From Eledone cirrhosa (taxonomy: Eukaryota), in contig OZ024743.1 of NCBI GenBank assembly GCA_964016885.1, forward strand, positions 174,096,001-174,160,000: a stretch of 64,000 nt of DNA, read 5' to 3'. This document shows positions 1 to 11,861 of this stretch, one piece after another. Positions within the stretch are counted from its first letter, which is position 1. The number at the start of each line of letters is the position of its first letter. Position numbers and translations under genes: made by a program. A model generated the notes under the pieces. It saw only the letters and a list, made by a program, of their open reading frames with translations. It was not told where the DNA came from and searched no databases.

Positions 1-180
1 GGACTGCCGAAGCAGGAGCTGCGCCAGCAATGACAATTGTAGTTTCGCCTATGGATATTATCTCTGTGCAAAGAAGTGTTGAAATTTATTGTTTCACAGT
101 ACTTGCGCAACACGCGCGTAGACGATGCCAGCCGAACAACAGAGCTGCGATGGAGTTGTTCTGCATGGTTGTCTAATGTG

Positions 181-358
181 TGTTTCCTAAATTTAAGACA
201 GTAGGGAGTGGTGTGATATGGGGGAGAGTTAGCTGCTGTTTCTAGCAGGTTTAGTGACCTCATAGAGGATATGTTTTCTAAATTTAAGACAGTAGGGAGT
301 GGTGTGATATGGGGGAGAGTTAGCTGCTGTTTCTAGCAGGTTTAGTGACCTCATAGAG
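181..358. repeat. Tandem duplication of a ~91-bp unit (2 copies)
   Basis: tgtttcctaaatttaagacagtagggagtgg...gacctcatagag starts at 181 and again at 272, nearly identical. Confidence 0.9.
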
Positions 359-887
359 TATATTATTGTGTATAGTAAATAAACTGATACTTCTTTCTTC
401 CACGTTCGTTGAGAGGTTTTAAAAAAGATTTATCGCTATTTTTTTTGTTGTTGAATAAATTTATCTGTTGCTTTTGAATAATTGTTGTTTCGTATGAAAT
501 GTAATAAGTTCTCTTTGTCATTGAAGTAAATAAATGTTTGACCGTTCCACACTCAAAAACAAACGTTCTCTCTCTTCGGCGTTCTTAAAGGAAGTTTGTA
601 AGCATGCATGTAGTTTTATTGAATTTTAAGGGTAGTAGAGAGAGGTATTCAGATTTTATTAGAGAGGTAAAGCGTCATGTATTTAGTTTTATCGATTATT
701 TCCGTAATTGTGGGGGAGGTTGAATGAAATAAATAGTCGTTGACCTAAGTTAGACCATTTACAATATTCTTACAGACTTTGAGTCGAATCGGTTTGAAAT
801 TGTGCAAATGTATAAACATGGAACATGCACACACACACACACAACAACTACAATCTGCCTTTTATAGATAATGATGATGATGATACA

Positions 888-1065
888 TATATATATATGT
901 TTCTATGTCTTTTTCTTTTTCTTTTCTTATATAAATAATGAAAATCTTTACACGCACAAAACCCACAAAATCGTACCGTCCTGTGTCGTCTGTAATGTTT
1001 TTCTTGATGTCAGCCCTTGTGACCAATAAAGAAATCATTAATTATTATTTTTTTATTATCAATTA

Positions 1066-1100
<35 letters not shown>
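888..1100 (+). mobile_element. 3' UTR fragment of Tx1-type LINE (family A) with (ATT)n tail
   Basis: Matches the 3' UTR at ~11470-11630 (aaaatctttacacgcacaaaacccaca...gtaccgtcctgtg...ccaataaagaaa) and is followed by an ATT tail. Confidence 0.85.
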
Positions 1101-1104
<4 letters not shown>

Positions 1105-1113
1105 GAAGGTGGA

Positions 1114-1290
1114 TTGGTAGTATCGGTAGAAGGTCGGACGCCATGCTTTGACGCATAGAGTTACGGCCCTTGCCATTCTGATATCAAATCCCGCCGAGGT
1201 TAACTTTGCCTTTCATCCTTACGGGGTCGATAAAATAAAGTACCAGTAATACACTGGGTATTTGCTGGCCTTGTGCTAAAAGTAGAAACA
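1114..1290 (+). mobile_element. tRNA-derived SINE with 15-bp TSD
   Basis: B-box-like atcaaatcccgccgagg and body tttgcctttcatccttacggggtcgataaaataaagtaccag shared with five other copies. Direct repeat attattgaaggtgga at 1099-1113 and 1291-1305. Confidence 0.85.
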
Positions 1291-1504
1291 ATTATTGAAG
1301 GTGGAGCCACGCTTCTTATCGTTTCCAGTTTTTTTCAACAGTTTACCTTGTTTTCAACCGTTCTAAACCTTTTATTCAAGTTTTAAACTTGATAAAAGTT
1401 TAGAAGAAGTGACCCACATAATACAGGGGTTCACTCGTAAATAATACGGCACCACATTACGGGGTGCCGTATTATGTAAAAATAGTTTGGGAAATTGGTA
1501 TCGG

Positions 1505-1916
1505 TGTACATGCAACATAATATAAAAGACAGTAAATACCGGTGTGTGTGTGGTAATAAAGTTTTTACTTCATGGAAGTCAAAGGCATTAAATATAAGGA
1601 TTTGTTACCCGATGGTCATAATACAAGGCTGAAGTTGGTAGAGACATCTTAGGCTCTCATCTCAGGCTGCACGTTGCATTGAGCTTGGTAACGAAAGGGT
1701 CGTCAAGAAGGAATCACAAGCTAAGGTCGAAGGTGTTACCACTTCAGGAATCAGGAGGCGAGAGAGAGATTTCGTGGTAAACCGCTCCTTTTATATCTGT
1801 TGACCGGAAGTGACCACCAGGGAGTCTGTCAATCCCAAAGGGAAGCAACTCCACCTACTTCCTGTCTAGAGAGCGGTGATGAGATTGTCATGGCAAGGGA
1901 AGCAACTCTTACTACA
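1505..1916 (-). mobile_element. 3' LTR of Gypsy-type element (left boundary approximate)
   Basis: TG...CA ends. Shares blocks (ttttata, tgaccggaagt, ctacttcctgtctaga, aagggaagcaact, ctaca) with the LTRs at 3917 and 5567. PPT-like ctggcgggtgataa precedes it on the minus strand. Confidence 0.65.
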
Positions 1917-2521
1917 TTATCACCCGCCAGATTTTTAAAACATAAAAATCGAAAGAAGCATGCATGGAGTAAGATGGCGAGCATGTAAGAGGCATGAAAA
2001 CTATGGTACAGAGTAATGGAAGTAAGAGAAGAGGTCAAAAGTTCAAATATCTAAAATACAGTTAACATGTGTGCAGTCACATGACAGCAGTAAAGAATGT
2101 GTTCCAGAGAATGAATGCAGGTGGTTTCTGGTCTGTGGTATAACATGAAATGTCCAACTTCCGAAGGGAATTTCTCACAGGCAGAGTGCTGTAAAAATAA
2201 ATTGTCTGGCTTGTTCTGCTGGTTTTAGTTGTTGATGAAGCTGTGTTGTTGTGAATGCGTTGACCTGGAAGGGTCAAGAGGCCAGCGACCAGAGAAATAA
2301 ACATTCTTAATAAATGCGCGGTTTTCAACGGTAAATTTACGTGGTAAATTTATAAACCGGCAAATAGAAGAATATAGCTTAAAATGTTCGTTGTAAAGGA
2401 AATGAAAAACATATATATACATCCAGTGAAATGGTAATGAGAGGTACATTGCAATACAATAAATCAATAAATAACAAGAACAGCAAAAAAAAAATATATA
2501 TATAAGGCTCCAATGGCCAGT

Positions 2522-3916
2522 TCACATAAAAATAGTTTGGCAGAACTTTTTTGGCCAGTGGACTCTCCGACCGGAACGGGTCGTAGTCTTGTATGTAGGT
2601 GAAGGTGGGGCAGAAGGAGCAGGTGTATGCACAAGAGAGAAAGATTGGGGTATTTGTGGCTCAGGTGTATGAGCGTCATTGTGTGCCCTTTTCAGTCTAT
2701 CCACCGAAATTGTCTCTCTGGACCCCTTAACGTCTACAGTGAAATGTTTGTCAGTGCGTGATAACACACGGTAGGGTCCAGAGTATGGTTGTGTGAGGGG
2801 TGGTCTCACAGCATCGTTCCTTACGAACACATGGGTCCACGAGGCAATGTCCCTCGGGACCGCAGGTTTTACAGTTTGCTTCCTCGTATCCATCGGCGGC
2901 AGGTCCTGTAAATAAGAACGCAGACGGGATACGTAGGAAAGCGGATCTTGGAAAGCAAGATCAACAGGGGCAAGCATTTGCCCAGGCAACGCTAGAGGAG
3001 CACCGTAAATTAATTCGGCCGGGGAGAACCCAAGGTCCTCCTTTATTGATGACCGAATTCCTAATAACACAATAGGAAGGTACTCGCTCCAACGTTGAGA
3101 GTCTGGATAGGCGCGAAGAGCGGCCTTTAATTGGCGGGGGAATCGTTCCACCATTCCATTTGAAGCAGGATGATAGGCTGTGGTCCGAATCCGTTGAGCT
3201 CCAATTATTTTGGTGAGCTCAGAGAAGAGATGGGACTCGAATTGTCTATCGCGGTCTGTGGTGAGTGTAGTTGGTACCCCAAAGCGGGTAATCCACCCTG
3301 ATACCAGGGCACGTGCTACAGTCTCAGCAGTCATGTCTTGTAAAGGGATGGCTTTAGGCCATCGCGAAAAACGATCGACACACGTCAATATGTAGGAATA
3401 TCCACTGCTGAATGGCCAGGGTCCAACGATGTCAATGTGGATGTGTTGGAACCGAGCATCTGGAGTGGTGAAAGTACCCAGTGGAGTCCGGATGTGTCTA
3501 TGGATCTTCGATTTCTGTCAAGCGATACAGGAACGGCACCAAGCAGCAATGTCGCGCCTCATATTTGGCCAGAAGAATCTGGCTGTTATGAGTTTAACTG
3601 TGGCAGCAGATCCAGGATGAGAAATGTTGTGCAAAGCCAGGAACACAATTCGCCGGTGAGTCTCAGGAACAAGTGGTCGTGGTGCATCAGTGGATACATC
3701 ACAAAGAATCTGCCTGTCGGTGGTGGACAAGGGCAGATATTTGAAAATGCAAGTCGCAAATTCAGTAGAAAGAGTATCCAACGATTGGAGTGCAGGTTGG
3801 TCTGCAGCTAAACGACCTAAGTCGATATCCTGGAATGACGAGATGGAGCTAATTGGCAAATGTGATAATGCGTCTGCAACTATGTTGTGCGAGCCGGCAA
3901 TGTGCTGGATATCGTG
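2522..3916 (-). pseudogene. Ty3/Gypsy pol fragment: end of RNase H plus integrase
   Basis: IQHIAGSHNIVADALS, then zinc-binding HNISH...CRSCIA* with a stop at 3518-3520 replacing the last Cys. DDE core motifs [17 protein letters not shown] and [11 protein letters not shown], then PYSGPY. One reading frame, 5'-truncated. Confidence 0.92.
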
Positions 3917-5910
3917 TATAAATGTAACAAGGAGACATGGTTTGTGTGTATAATATTTAATTAACAATCATGGATATATATAGAACAGTATGGTTGACAT
4001 GTCAAAGAAATAGATGATAGAATGAAGCAAAGTTAGTAGTTACCGTTTTGATTGCCAGGCAAACGCGGCTGGCAGAAGACGCCTGGCTAAGGCCAGGCGC
4101 CGGAAGGGCAAATGAGAGAGTGAGAACTTAAAGTTGTTAGTTTTATAGGGTTCTGACCGGAAGTTACAGAAAGGGTTCTACTTCCTGTCTAGATGTTGTT
4201 AATCTATTGGGGTTGTGAGTCACAACAAGGGAGGCAACTGCTACATAACCTCCCGCCAGAATTTTAGAATATAAAAATCGAATGAAATATGTAGCAAGTT
4301 GGCGAGAAAGTTGTAACAGGCATGAAAATTACGACAAAAGAATGTTTGCAAAAATCAATGATAGATATCAAGGTAGCCAACCGCTCTTGACCAGAGAGCG
4401 ACTGGACATCTATCTATCCATCACCCAAAGATACAATGTAATAAAGTAAGAGAAGAGCTCAAAGTTCAAATGTACAAAATATAGTTCACAGGTGTGCAAT
4501 CACATGACAGCAGGAAAGAAAGTGTGTTCCAGAGAATGAATTCAGGTGGTTTCTGTTCTGTGGTATATCGTGAAATTTCCAACCTCCGAATGGATTTTCT
4601 CACAGGAAGAGTGCTGCAAAAATAAATTCTCTGGCTTGTTCTGCTGGTTTTGGTTGTTGGTGAAGCTGTGTTGCTGTTGATGTTGTTGTCTCGCGGAGTG
4701 AGCGTATTCGGTGTTTAAATTCACAGTAAAAAAAATTTTTTCGGAAAAAATGAGTTGCGCAAAGTGTTAGAAATAACAGCCGAAGTTGATAGTCAATGTT
4801 GAGAATGCGTTGACCTGGAAGGGTCAAGAGGCCAGCGACCAAAGAAATAAGCATTCTGAATAAATGCGCAGTTTTCAACGGCAAATTTACGTGGTAAATT
4901 TTTAAACCGGCAAATAGGAGAATATAGCTTAAGGCTGAAGAATCCTTGGCGAGAAACGTTATCTCTGGCGTGCGGCTATCTCTGTGAGTCGAGATATCTC
5001 CGTGAGTTGAGAATTTGTGCTGCCTACACGTTCCAATACAAGGTTAAGTTAGGTTGAAAAAATAATATTTCTAACGCGCGAGAAAATGATAGTGCAAGTG
5101 TGAAAGTGACAATGATGAAAAAGAAAGGCTTCACTCAGCATAATTATTGGTGTGAACTTTGGAAAAAAAAAACTTGAGCGATGAAGAAAACGATGAAAAA
5201 AAAAAAAGGCAATGGTTCATCGAAAATAAATGTTCCTGTTGAAATGTTTTTTAAAAAAAAAAAAAATATCAAATTTCTTTTTTTTTTTGTTTTGAAAGTG
5301 TTCGTTGTAAGAAACGAGAAACATATATATATATCGTGAAATGCGACAGTTAGTTGATGCGTGAGAGAAAAAGTCTGTCTGAACGCGAATTTCACATGTG
5401 CGTGTGTGCGTTTCTTTGACTGAGTATTTTCATAGTTTGTCAATAAATTTGCTGTGTATTCGTAATGTTACTCACACAACACCAGATTCTGCTATTTTTT
5501 CTTTTTTCGGGGTGACCACTTATAACAATGAACGGCTGCGTGTTCGTATCACGTCAGGGTTACCAATATAGCAGAGAACTGTGTAAATGTAACAAGGAGA
5601 CATGGTTTGTGTGTATAATATTTAATTAACAATCATGGATATATATAGAACAGTATAGTTGACATGTCAAAGAAATAGATGATAGAATGAAGCAAAGTTA
5701 GTAGTTACCATTTTGATTGCCAGGCAAACGCGGCTGGCAGAAGACGCCTGGCTAAGGCCAGGCGCCGGAAGGGCAAATGAGAGAGTGAGAACTTAAAGTT
5801 GTTAGTTTTATAGGGTTCTGACCGGAAGTTACAGAAAGGGTTCTACTTCCTGTCTAGATGTTGTTAATCTATTGGGGTTGTGAGTCACAACAAGGGAGGC
5901 AACTGCTACA
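3917..5910 (-). mobile_element. Non-autonomous ~2-kb LTR retroelement (no ORF)
   Basis: Near-identical LTRs at 3917-4245 (left end clipped ~15 nt) and 5567-5910 with terminal IR ta/tgtagcag...ctgctaca. PBS next to the right LTR, PPT-like ctggcgggaggtta next to the left LTR, non-coding interior. Confidence 0.88.
5530..5565 (-). promoter_or_regulatory. Primer-binding site, tRNA-Trp type, extended
   Basis: Plus strand gaacggctgcgtgttcgtatcacgtcagggttacca resembles the 3' half of eukaryotic tRNA-Trp plus CCA. It lies 1 nt from the LTR. Confidence 0.75.
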
Positions 5911-5940
5911 ATAGTATTTGAAAAAAAAATTTCTTTCAAC

Positions 5941-7919
5941 ATGGATAACACAAGAAAGAGAGAGAGCGCTGTCAGACAACACAGAGAGAGGGAGACTTTG
6001 TCAACATATCAACAAGGCAGCGTTCTAGCGAAGGTAAATATAAAAGAAAATATTACGAAGGAAAAGAGGAACAATATCATTTTTAATGATATTGTTACAG
6101 ATTTAAAATTACCAAATATTACTAACACAAACAACACCAACAATAACACCACCAACAACAACAAAAATAACAGCGGTAAGGTCGAGAATGACAATAACAA
6201 CAGCCACAACAACAATAATAGTAGGAACAGTATCAACAAAAACAACAATAATAACAGCCACAATAACAGTAACAACAGCATCAACGAAAACAACAACAGC
6301 AACAAGAGTACCAACGAAAACATCGATACCTGTAACAGCGATCTCAGCACCACCAGCAAGACCAGTAGCGGCAGCAATAGTGGTGCCGCTGAGAAAGGGA
6401 CCACTTCTTTTGCAGGTGTGGCCCGAAATATCGAAACAGTGTTAGTCACAGAGGAAGAGATGGCAGTCGCAAGAGCCATGGTGACAAGAAACGCCAATAG
6501 AGTTTCCCTGAAACCTCCACCCGATTTTTTCAAGGACCAGCAGCTACGGACGGTGACTTACCGCACCGTAAGCAAAATGTCACATCGGGTGGAGAGAGTC
6601 ACGGAGGCTCAAATCCAAAAGGCCTTGGGTGCGTCTGGGCGCGCAAAACCCACATCACCCGAGACAGAAAGTACGCCACAGTAGATGTACTTTTCGCCAC
6701 CCACCAAGAAGCGAAGTCTCACTCTTTGGAAACCCTAAAGAGTGAGAAAATAGTCTTGGTGCCCTCCTACTGCGGGAAAAAAATTGTGAGGGTAACCCAG
6801 GTCCCACCTGACGTGCCCATAGCTTGGCTGGCTGCGTCAGTCCTTGCTGGAATCGAGGACAGGACGACCATGCTGCAAGTAGAGAAAATAGGGAGAGAGA
6901 ACTGGTCAGGTATAGGCATACAAATGCTTATACAAACTGACCAGGAGTGTATCGACGCTATCCCCGATATCATAGACCTCGGGGAAGGACTCCAACTCCC
7001 TATAAGCGTGGGAGGAAGACGGCCAAAATGTTATCTCTGTGGGTCAAAGGGTCACCTCAGGGCCTTTTGTCCGCAGAAGACAGCGAAGAAGAAGGCCCCT
7101 CTCCTTCCAATACCTGGTCCGCTGCTACCAAGAGCAAGGCAGGTAACAAACGCAGAAGCCCCTTCCACGGTGAGTAGGAGGGCACGTCCGTGTCACCCGT
7201 ACCAAGGCCACAGACAACTAAAGCAGCAGCATCAGTGGCGGCAACACCAGTAACTACATTTGCAGTAACTGCACCAGCAACAAAATCGCCGGAGAAGGCT
7301 CCACTACCACCACCAACACCCGTGGAGCACATACCCCTCCCAGACGCCACGGAATCTGACATGGAGTCTGAGGCGGGAGTGAAGTGGCAAACGGTCTGCC
7401 ACAAAAAAGAAAAAAGAAGAAAAAAACCCTTAGCTTCACCCTCCAAAAGCGAACACACACAAAGAGGGGTAAAAGCTGCAAGGAGACTTGCAGCAACACC
7501 ACCACAAGCACCACCGCCAACAACAACCACACCACCACCAGCATCACCAAAAACACCAACAACACCAACACAACAAAACACACACACCCAACAGCAACAA
7601 AATCACCCCTCTCCCCCAAAAGTACACAGCCATAAACATAGCGAATAAAGAACTCATACAATATATAAAGCAGCACACAGACATCACTGAAAAAAACTAC
7701 TACACCCCACCAGCACCAAGAACTCTCCCGACAAACATAAGCATCATTGATATCAAAATAGAACAGTACAAACTTTTAAAACAAAAATTCCCCAACGCAG
7801 TTGGAGTCTTCAGAGGGTCGGTTACCAAGAGGAAATACACTGACATCCTCTTGGAAACACCCATGACCAGCCAAAGGGACGGTTCTACCGTCCCTTCACC
7901 ACACAATCAAGGTAAGTGA
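5941..7919 (+). pseudogene. LINE ORF1 (gag-like, CCHC zinc knuckle), frameshifted
   Basis: Asn-rich N-terminus, CYLCGSKGHLRAFC and a Pro/Thr-rich tail, split over ORFs at 5941, 6726, 7190 and 7488. Colinear with ORF1 at 15733. Confidence 0.85.
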
Positions 7920-7951
7920 CCCTTTCTCACGTGTCCTGTTTCTCATCCAAC

Positions 7952-10900
7952 ATGACCGTACTTAGAATAGGCAGTATAAATGCACGTGGCCTGGGATCAT
8001 CTTGGAAGCAGGGTCACCTGCTCAACGACCCCAGGTCACTAAACATAGATGTGGTGGCCATCAGCGAGACCAGAATCTCCGAAGCACGAGCCTTCGCACC
8101 GATCTTCGGCGGCTAAGATGTATACGCATCTCCCAACCGTCCAGGATCGGGGGGAGGGGTTGCCGTCCTTTTTCGGAGAGGCTTGGATCTCGCCATACGG
8201 GCCATCTTCCTGGACACAGCACGTAAGTTGGTGGTGCTGGACGTGACCGGCAGCGAAGGCAATGCTTTCAGGCTAGTAGACGTCTACGCCCCAACTGGGG
8301 CAGGACAGCCAGATTCCTTCAGACGTCTAGAGACCTTTCTTGGAACTTCCCGCTCTTTAGTGTTAGTGGGCGACTGGAACGGTATCTTGGATGCACGCTG
8401 GGATTGTGTGGGGCTAGTGGATAGGGGAGGAGGGTGCAAGAGCCTCACCAACCTGCTCAGACGTTTTGAACTGTCTGACAGGTATCGACTGGATCACCCG
8501 AATGTGCCAATGTGGACATGGACAAACCACATCGGGTCATCCAGATCGTATCTCGAAATGGTATTCTGCAGAGAACTAGATAAGGCTAGTATAGGTTGTC
8601 CACAATTTAAAATAGTCGACTACACAGACCACAAATTTGTGATCTGTGAGATCGAGATAGACAGACTTCATAGCCAAGGAACCGGTTACTGGAAGCTGAA
8701 CGCATCCTTCCCGGCGCGCAAAGCCTACAGAGACCGGATTAGCGTATTAGTTAAGCGGGCGTTGACGGGAGCGGTCGTCAACAACAGGTGGTGGTTTGCC
8801 CTGAAAAGGGCAATTAAAGTAGAGTCGATTAGGTTTAGCAAAGGACTAGTGATAGAGGAAAATAGAGTAGAGGGAGAGTTAGTTAGAAAGCTAGAAGAGG
8901 CGTTTAGGACAGGCATCGCAACTGACGTGCTTGCGGCGAGATTGACACTCGACCAATTCTTCAACGCAAAACACGAAGCCTGCGTTGTCAGAGCTAGAGC
9001 GCATGCTCTGAAACACGAGGGAACAAAATCCGTCCACTGGGCCAGGGTGGCAGAAGCGCGACGTGGCAACAAAGCCACAATTCAGTCTTTGTCTGACCAA
9101 AACGCGTGCGTATTGCTCGAACTCGAGCCGATGTGTGAGGCTTTTCAGCAGGGTCGGGGTTTGGACTTCAGTGCATACCTCGACGGACTGCCTCGGCTCT
9201 CGACGACCGCAGCACAGTGTTGCGAAAAGCCAATAACAGCCGGTGAAATATCGGAAGCGATGGTTAACTGCACGAGGGGTAAATCGCCAGGTTTAGATGG
9301 TCTGCCCTACGATCTTTATGCATTTATGCCAGACTTGTTCGGTGACCTCTTGGCAGACGTCTACTGCAACTGGTAGCAGAACGGGAGCATTCCCAGTTTT
9401 GTGAGCCGGGGAGCGGTGGCGCTGCTGAGAAAAGACCCGAACAAGGGGGATGTTATCGATAACTTCAGGTCCATAACCCTGCTAAACGCAGAGTTCAAGA
9501 TTTGGGCCAAGGTGTCAGCAAAGAGGTTGGCGCTTGTCGTCGAGGGTCTGGTGGGAGAGGCGCACATATGCGCCATTCCGGACAGATCTATACACCACAA
9601 CCTCCACCTCATGCAATACATCGTAGAGAGGGTGGTTAAGGAACCTGGCACGGGTGGAGCTCTGATCAACTTGGATCAATCCAAAGCATTCGATAGGGTC
9701 GACCATCGGTACCTGGCGGCGGTCCTCGAGGCAGCTGGTTTCGGGCCCGTTTTCAGGGGTTGGATCGCTGCGATGTACAGCGACATCTGCTCAGTTGTGA
9801 GGGTGAACTGTCACCTGTCGTAGCCGTTCAGCATCATGCGCTCGGTCTGCCAGAGTTGTCCCCTCTCGTACGTATTGGCTCTCGAGCCGTTACTGAAGAG
9901 ACTGGGGGCGATGAGGGGCGTCCCACGTGAACTAGGATGTGGGAAATCTGTGTCGGCTTACGCCAACGACGTCACCGTGGTGGTGTCGAGCACCAGCCAC
10001 GTCCAGATGCTCGGGACCGCTCTCAAGGAATACGAGGCGGTGACGGGAGCAAAGATAAACCAGGAAAAGTCGGTGGGTTTGCAGCTCGGCACCTGGAGAG
10101 GCAAGTCCATGCCGTCCGACAGCGTCGTGGGGCGTTGGACAGACGGACCGATTAAATTGCTCGCGGTCTGGTTCAAACCGGACCTCCAGATGGAGAAAAA
10201 CTGGAGCGAGGTGACTAGTAGGGTCGCCTCCCTCACCCAGAAATGGGCCAAGAGGAAGCTGTCCCTGAAAGGCCGGACGGAGATGGCGAATGCGTACATC
10301 GCATCCGTCATCTGCTACCGCCTCACCGTCATCCCTTGCCCCGACCCAACTCTCACCAAAATGGAGCGCCTCCTCTTCCGCTTTTTGTGGAAGGGACGTG
10401 CTCCCATGGTCAGATGATCCATCTGCTGTCAACACCCGTTGCGTGGAGGACTGGGCATGCCATGGCTGATGATGCGCAAACATGCGCTGAGGCTGCGACA
10501 TCTCTGGTGCTTCCTTGACGGTGAACAGGTGCGGTCGCCGTTCGCCAGGCACGTTTTCCCACAGCTCGTCTCTTTGACGGGGCTGCCGTCCTGGGTCAGG
10601 AAAGGACCGAGGGATATCGCTTGGAAACTGGAATATCTCCAGGTGTTCACCGCCCTCTGCTAACTGGGCACCAGTATCGGTGGAACACCCACCTCGGCGT
10701 TCTATAGAGGACTAGTGGAGGAGAAGAGCGACGACGTTCTCGGAGAGATCCTGGGTGTCGAAGAAGATCAGGTGTTTGCTCTCTTTCGGAGAACTTTCAA
10801 CCCAGGGCCTATAGATAACTTCCAAAAATCCCTGCAGTGCTACCGGGGAGCGTTGCCGGTTCGAGATAAGCTCTACAGGCACTGAAGTGCCGTCAGCCGA

Positions 10901-11320
10901 GCCTGTCCGAGTTGCGCGTAGAGCGACGAAACCGTCGTGCACGCACTCGTTCAGTGCCCGAGCATTGCTGACTTGTGGAGCTATGTCGAACAGTTGCTGT
11001 CGCGTGTAGGACTGATCCGGTTATCGACTGAGTCCATTGTGCAGATGGTCTCGCCGTCTTCCTTCGAGGAGGAAGGGCAGGCGGTTTTCATCTGTCTGGT
11101 GGCCATGGCGAAAGAGATTGGATGGTGGACAAGGTTGAAAGGGTTAAAGACAGATACTTTCCTCTTCGGCGAATCCCTGATTAACTTTTTCAAGTTTCAC
11201 TTGAAGAGGAAAATCAGGGTGGAGAGGCAAGTGCTGTCTTCTAGCAAGTTTGTTGAAAGGTGGGTGGATGTAGCGAGAGTAGTCCAAGTGAACAGGACCG
11301 CTCTGAATATACGCTTGTAG
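7952..11320 (+). pseudogene. LINE ORF2 (APE endonuclease, reverse transcriptase, C-terminal CCHC) with several stops
   Basis: GSINARGL, ISETR, VYAPT, GDWN, TDH, KSPGLDG, LDQSKAFDRV, YAND (for YADD) and ETVVHALVQC. In-frame stops at 8114, 9374, 9821, 10415 and later. Confidence 0.93.
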
Positions 11321-11630
11321 TTTGAAGAATGGAAAAATTGAGAGAGGGCGCTTGCCCTGGTGGCCAGGGTGGTCGTGGTCTTTTGTGTGGTTTTCGCCAC
11401 GAGTAACCCTCGGAGGTTTCCCCCCTGTTGGGGAATTTTTCATTGTTTGAATTTTCATTTTTATTGTTTTTATATATATATGTTTCTGTCTTTTTTCTTT
11501 TTCTTTTCTTATACAAATAATAAAAATCTTTACACGCACAAAACCCACATTGTACCGTCCTGTGCCGTCTGTAATGTTTTTCTTGATCTCAGCCCCTGTG
11601 GCCAATAAAGAAAGCATTATTATTATTATT

Positions 11631-11815
11631 GTTGTTATTTTTCATTGTTATTTTTTATTACATCCTCTGTTTTTTTTACACGCAGAAATGCCCATTTGTA
11701 CTGTCCTGTATTGTCCTGTACTGTCCTTAATGTCTACTTTATGTAAACCCTTGTGGTTAGTAAAGAAAGCATTATTATTGTTATTATTATTATTGTTACT
11801 ATTATTATTATTTTT
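11631..11815 (+). mobile_element. 3' UTR fragment of Tx1-type LINE family B with (ATT)n tail
   Basis: acatcctctg...acacgcagaaatgcccatttgtac...ccttaatgtctac matches ~21385-21519. Confidence 0.85.
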
Positions 11816-11861
11816 TTTTTTTTTCAAATTCAATGATGTTCCAAAACAATATATGAGATAA

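Larger units (their letters stand above)
5911..11630 (+). mobile_element. Tx1/L1-clade LINE, family A, near full length, degenerate
   Basis: ORF1 with zinc knuckle, ORF2 with APE-RT-zinc finger, 3' UTR with aataaa and an (ATT)n tail. Confidence 0.92.

Noticed and set aside
1-180. Possible coding or element fragment at window start
   Set aside because: Too short, with no recognisable motif.
5530-5565. tRNA gene
   Set aside because: Only the 3' half is present, it includes CCA, and it abuts an LTR, so it is a PBS. The SINE heads are likewise not functional tRNAs.
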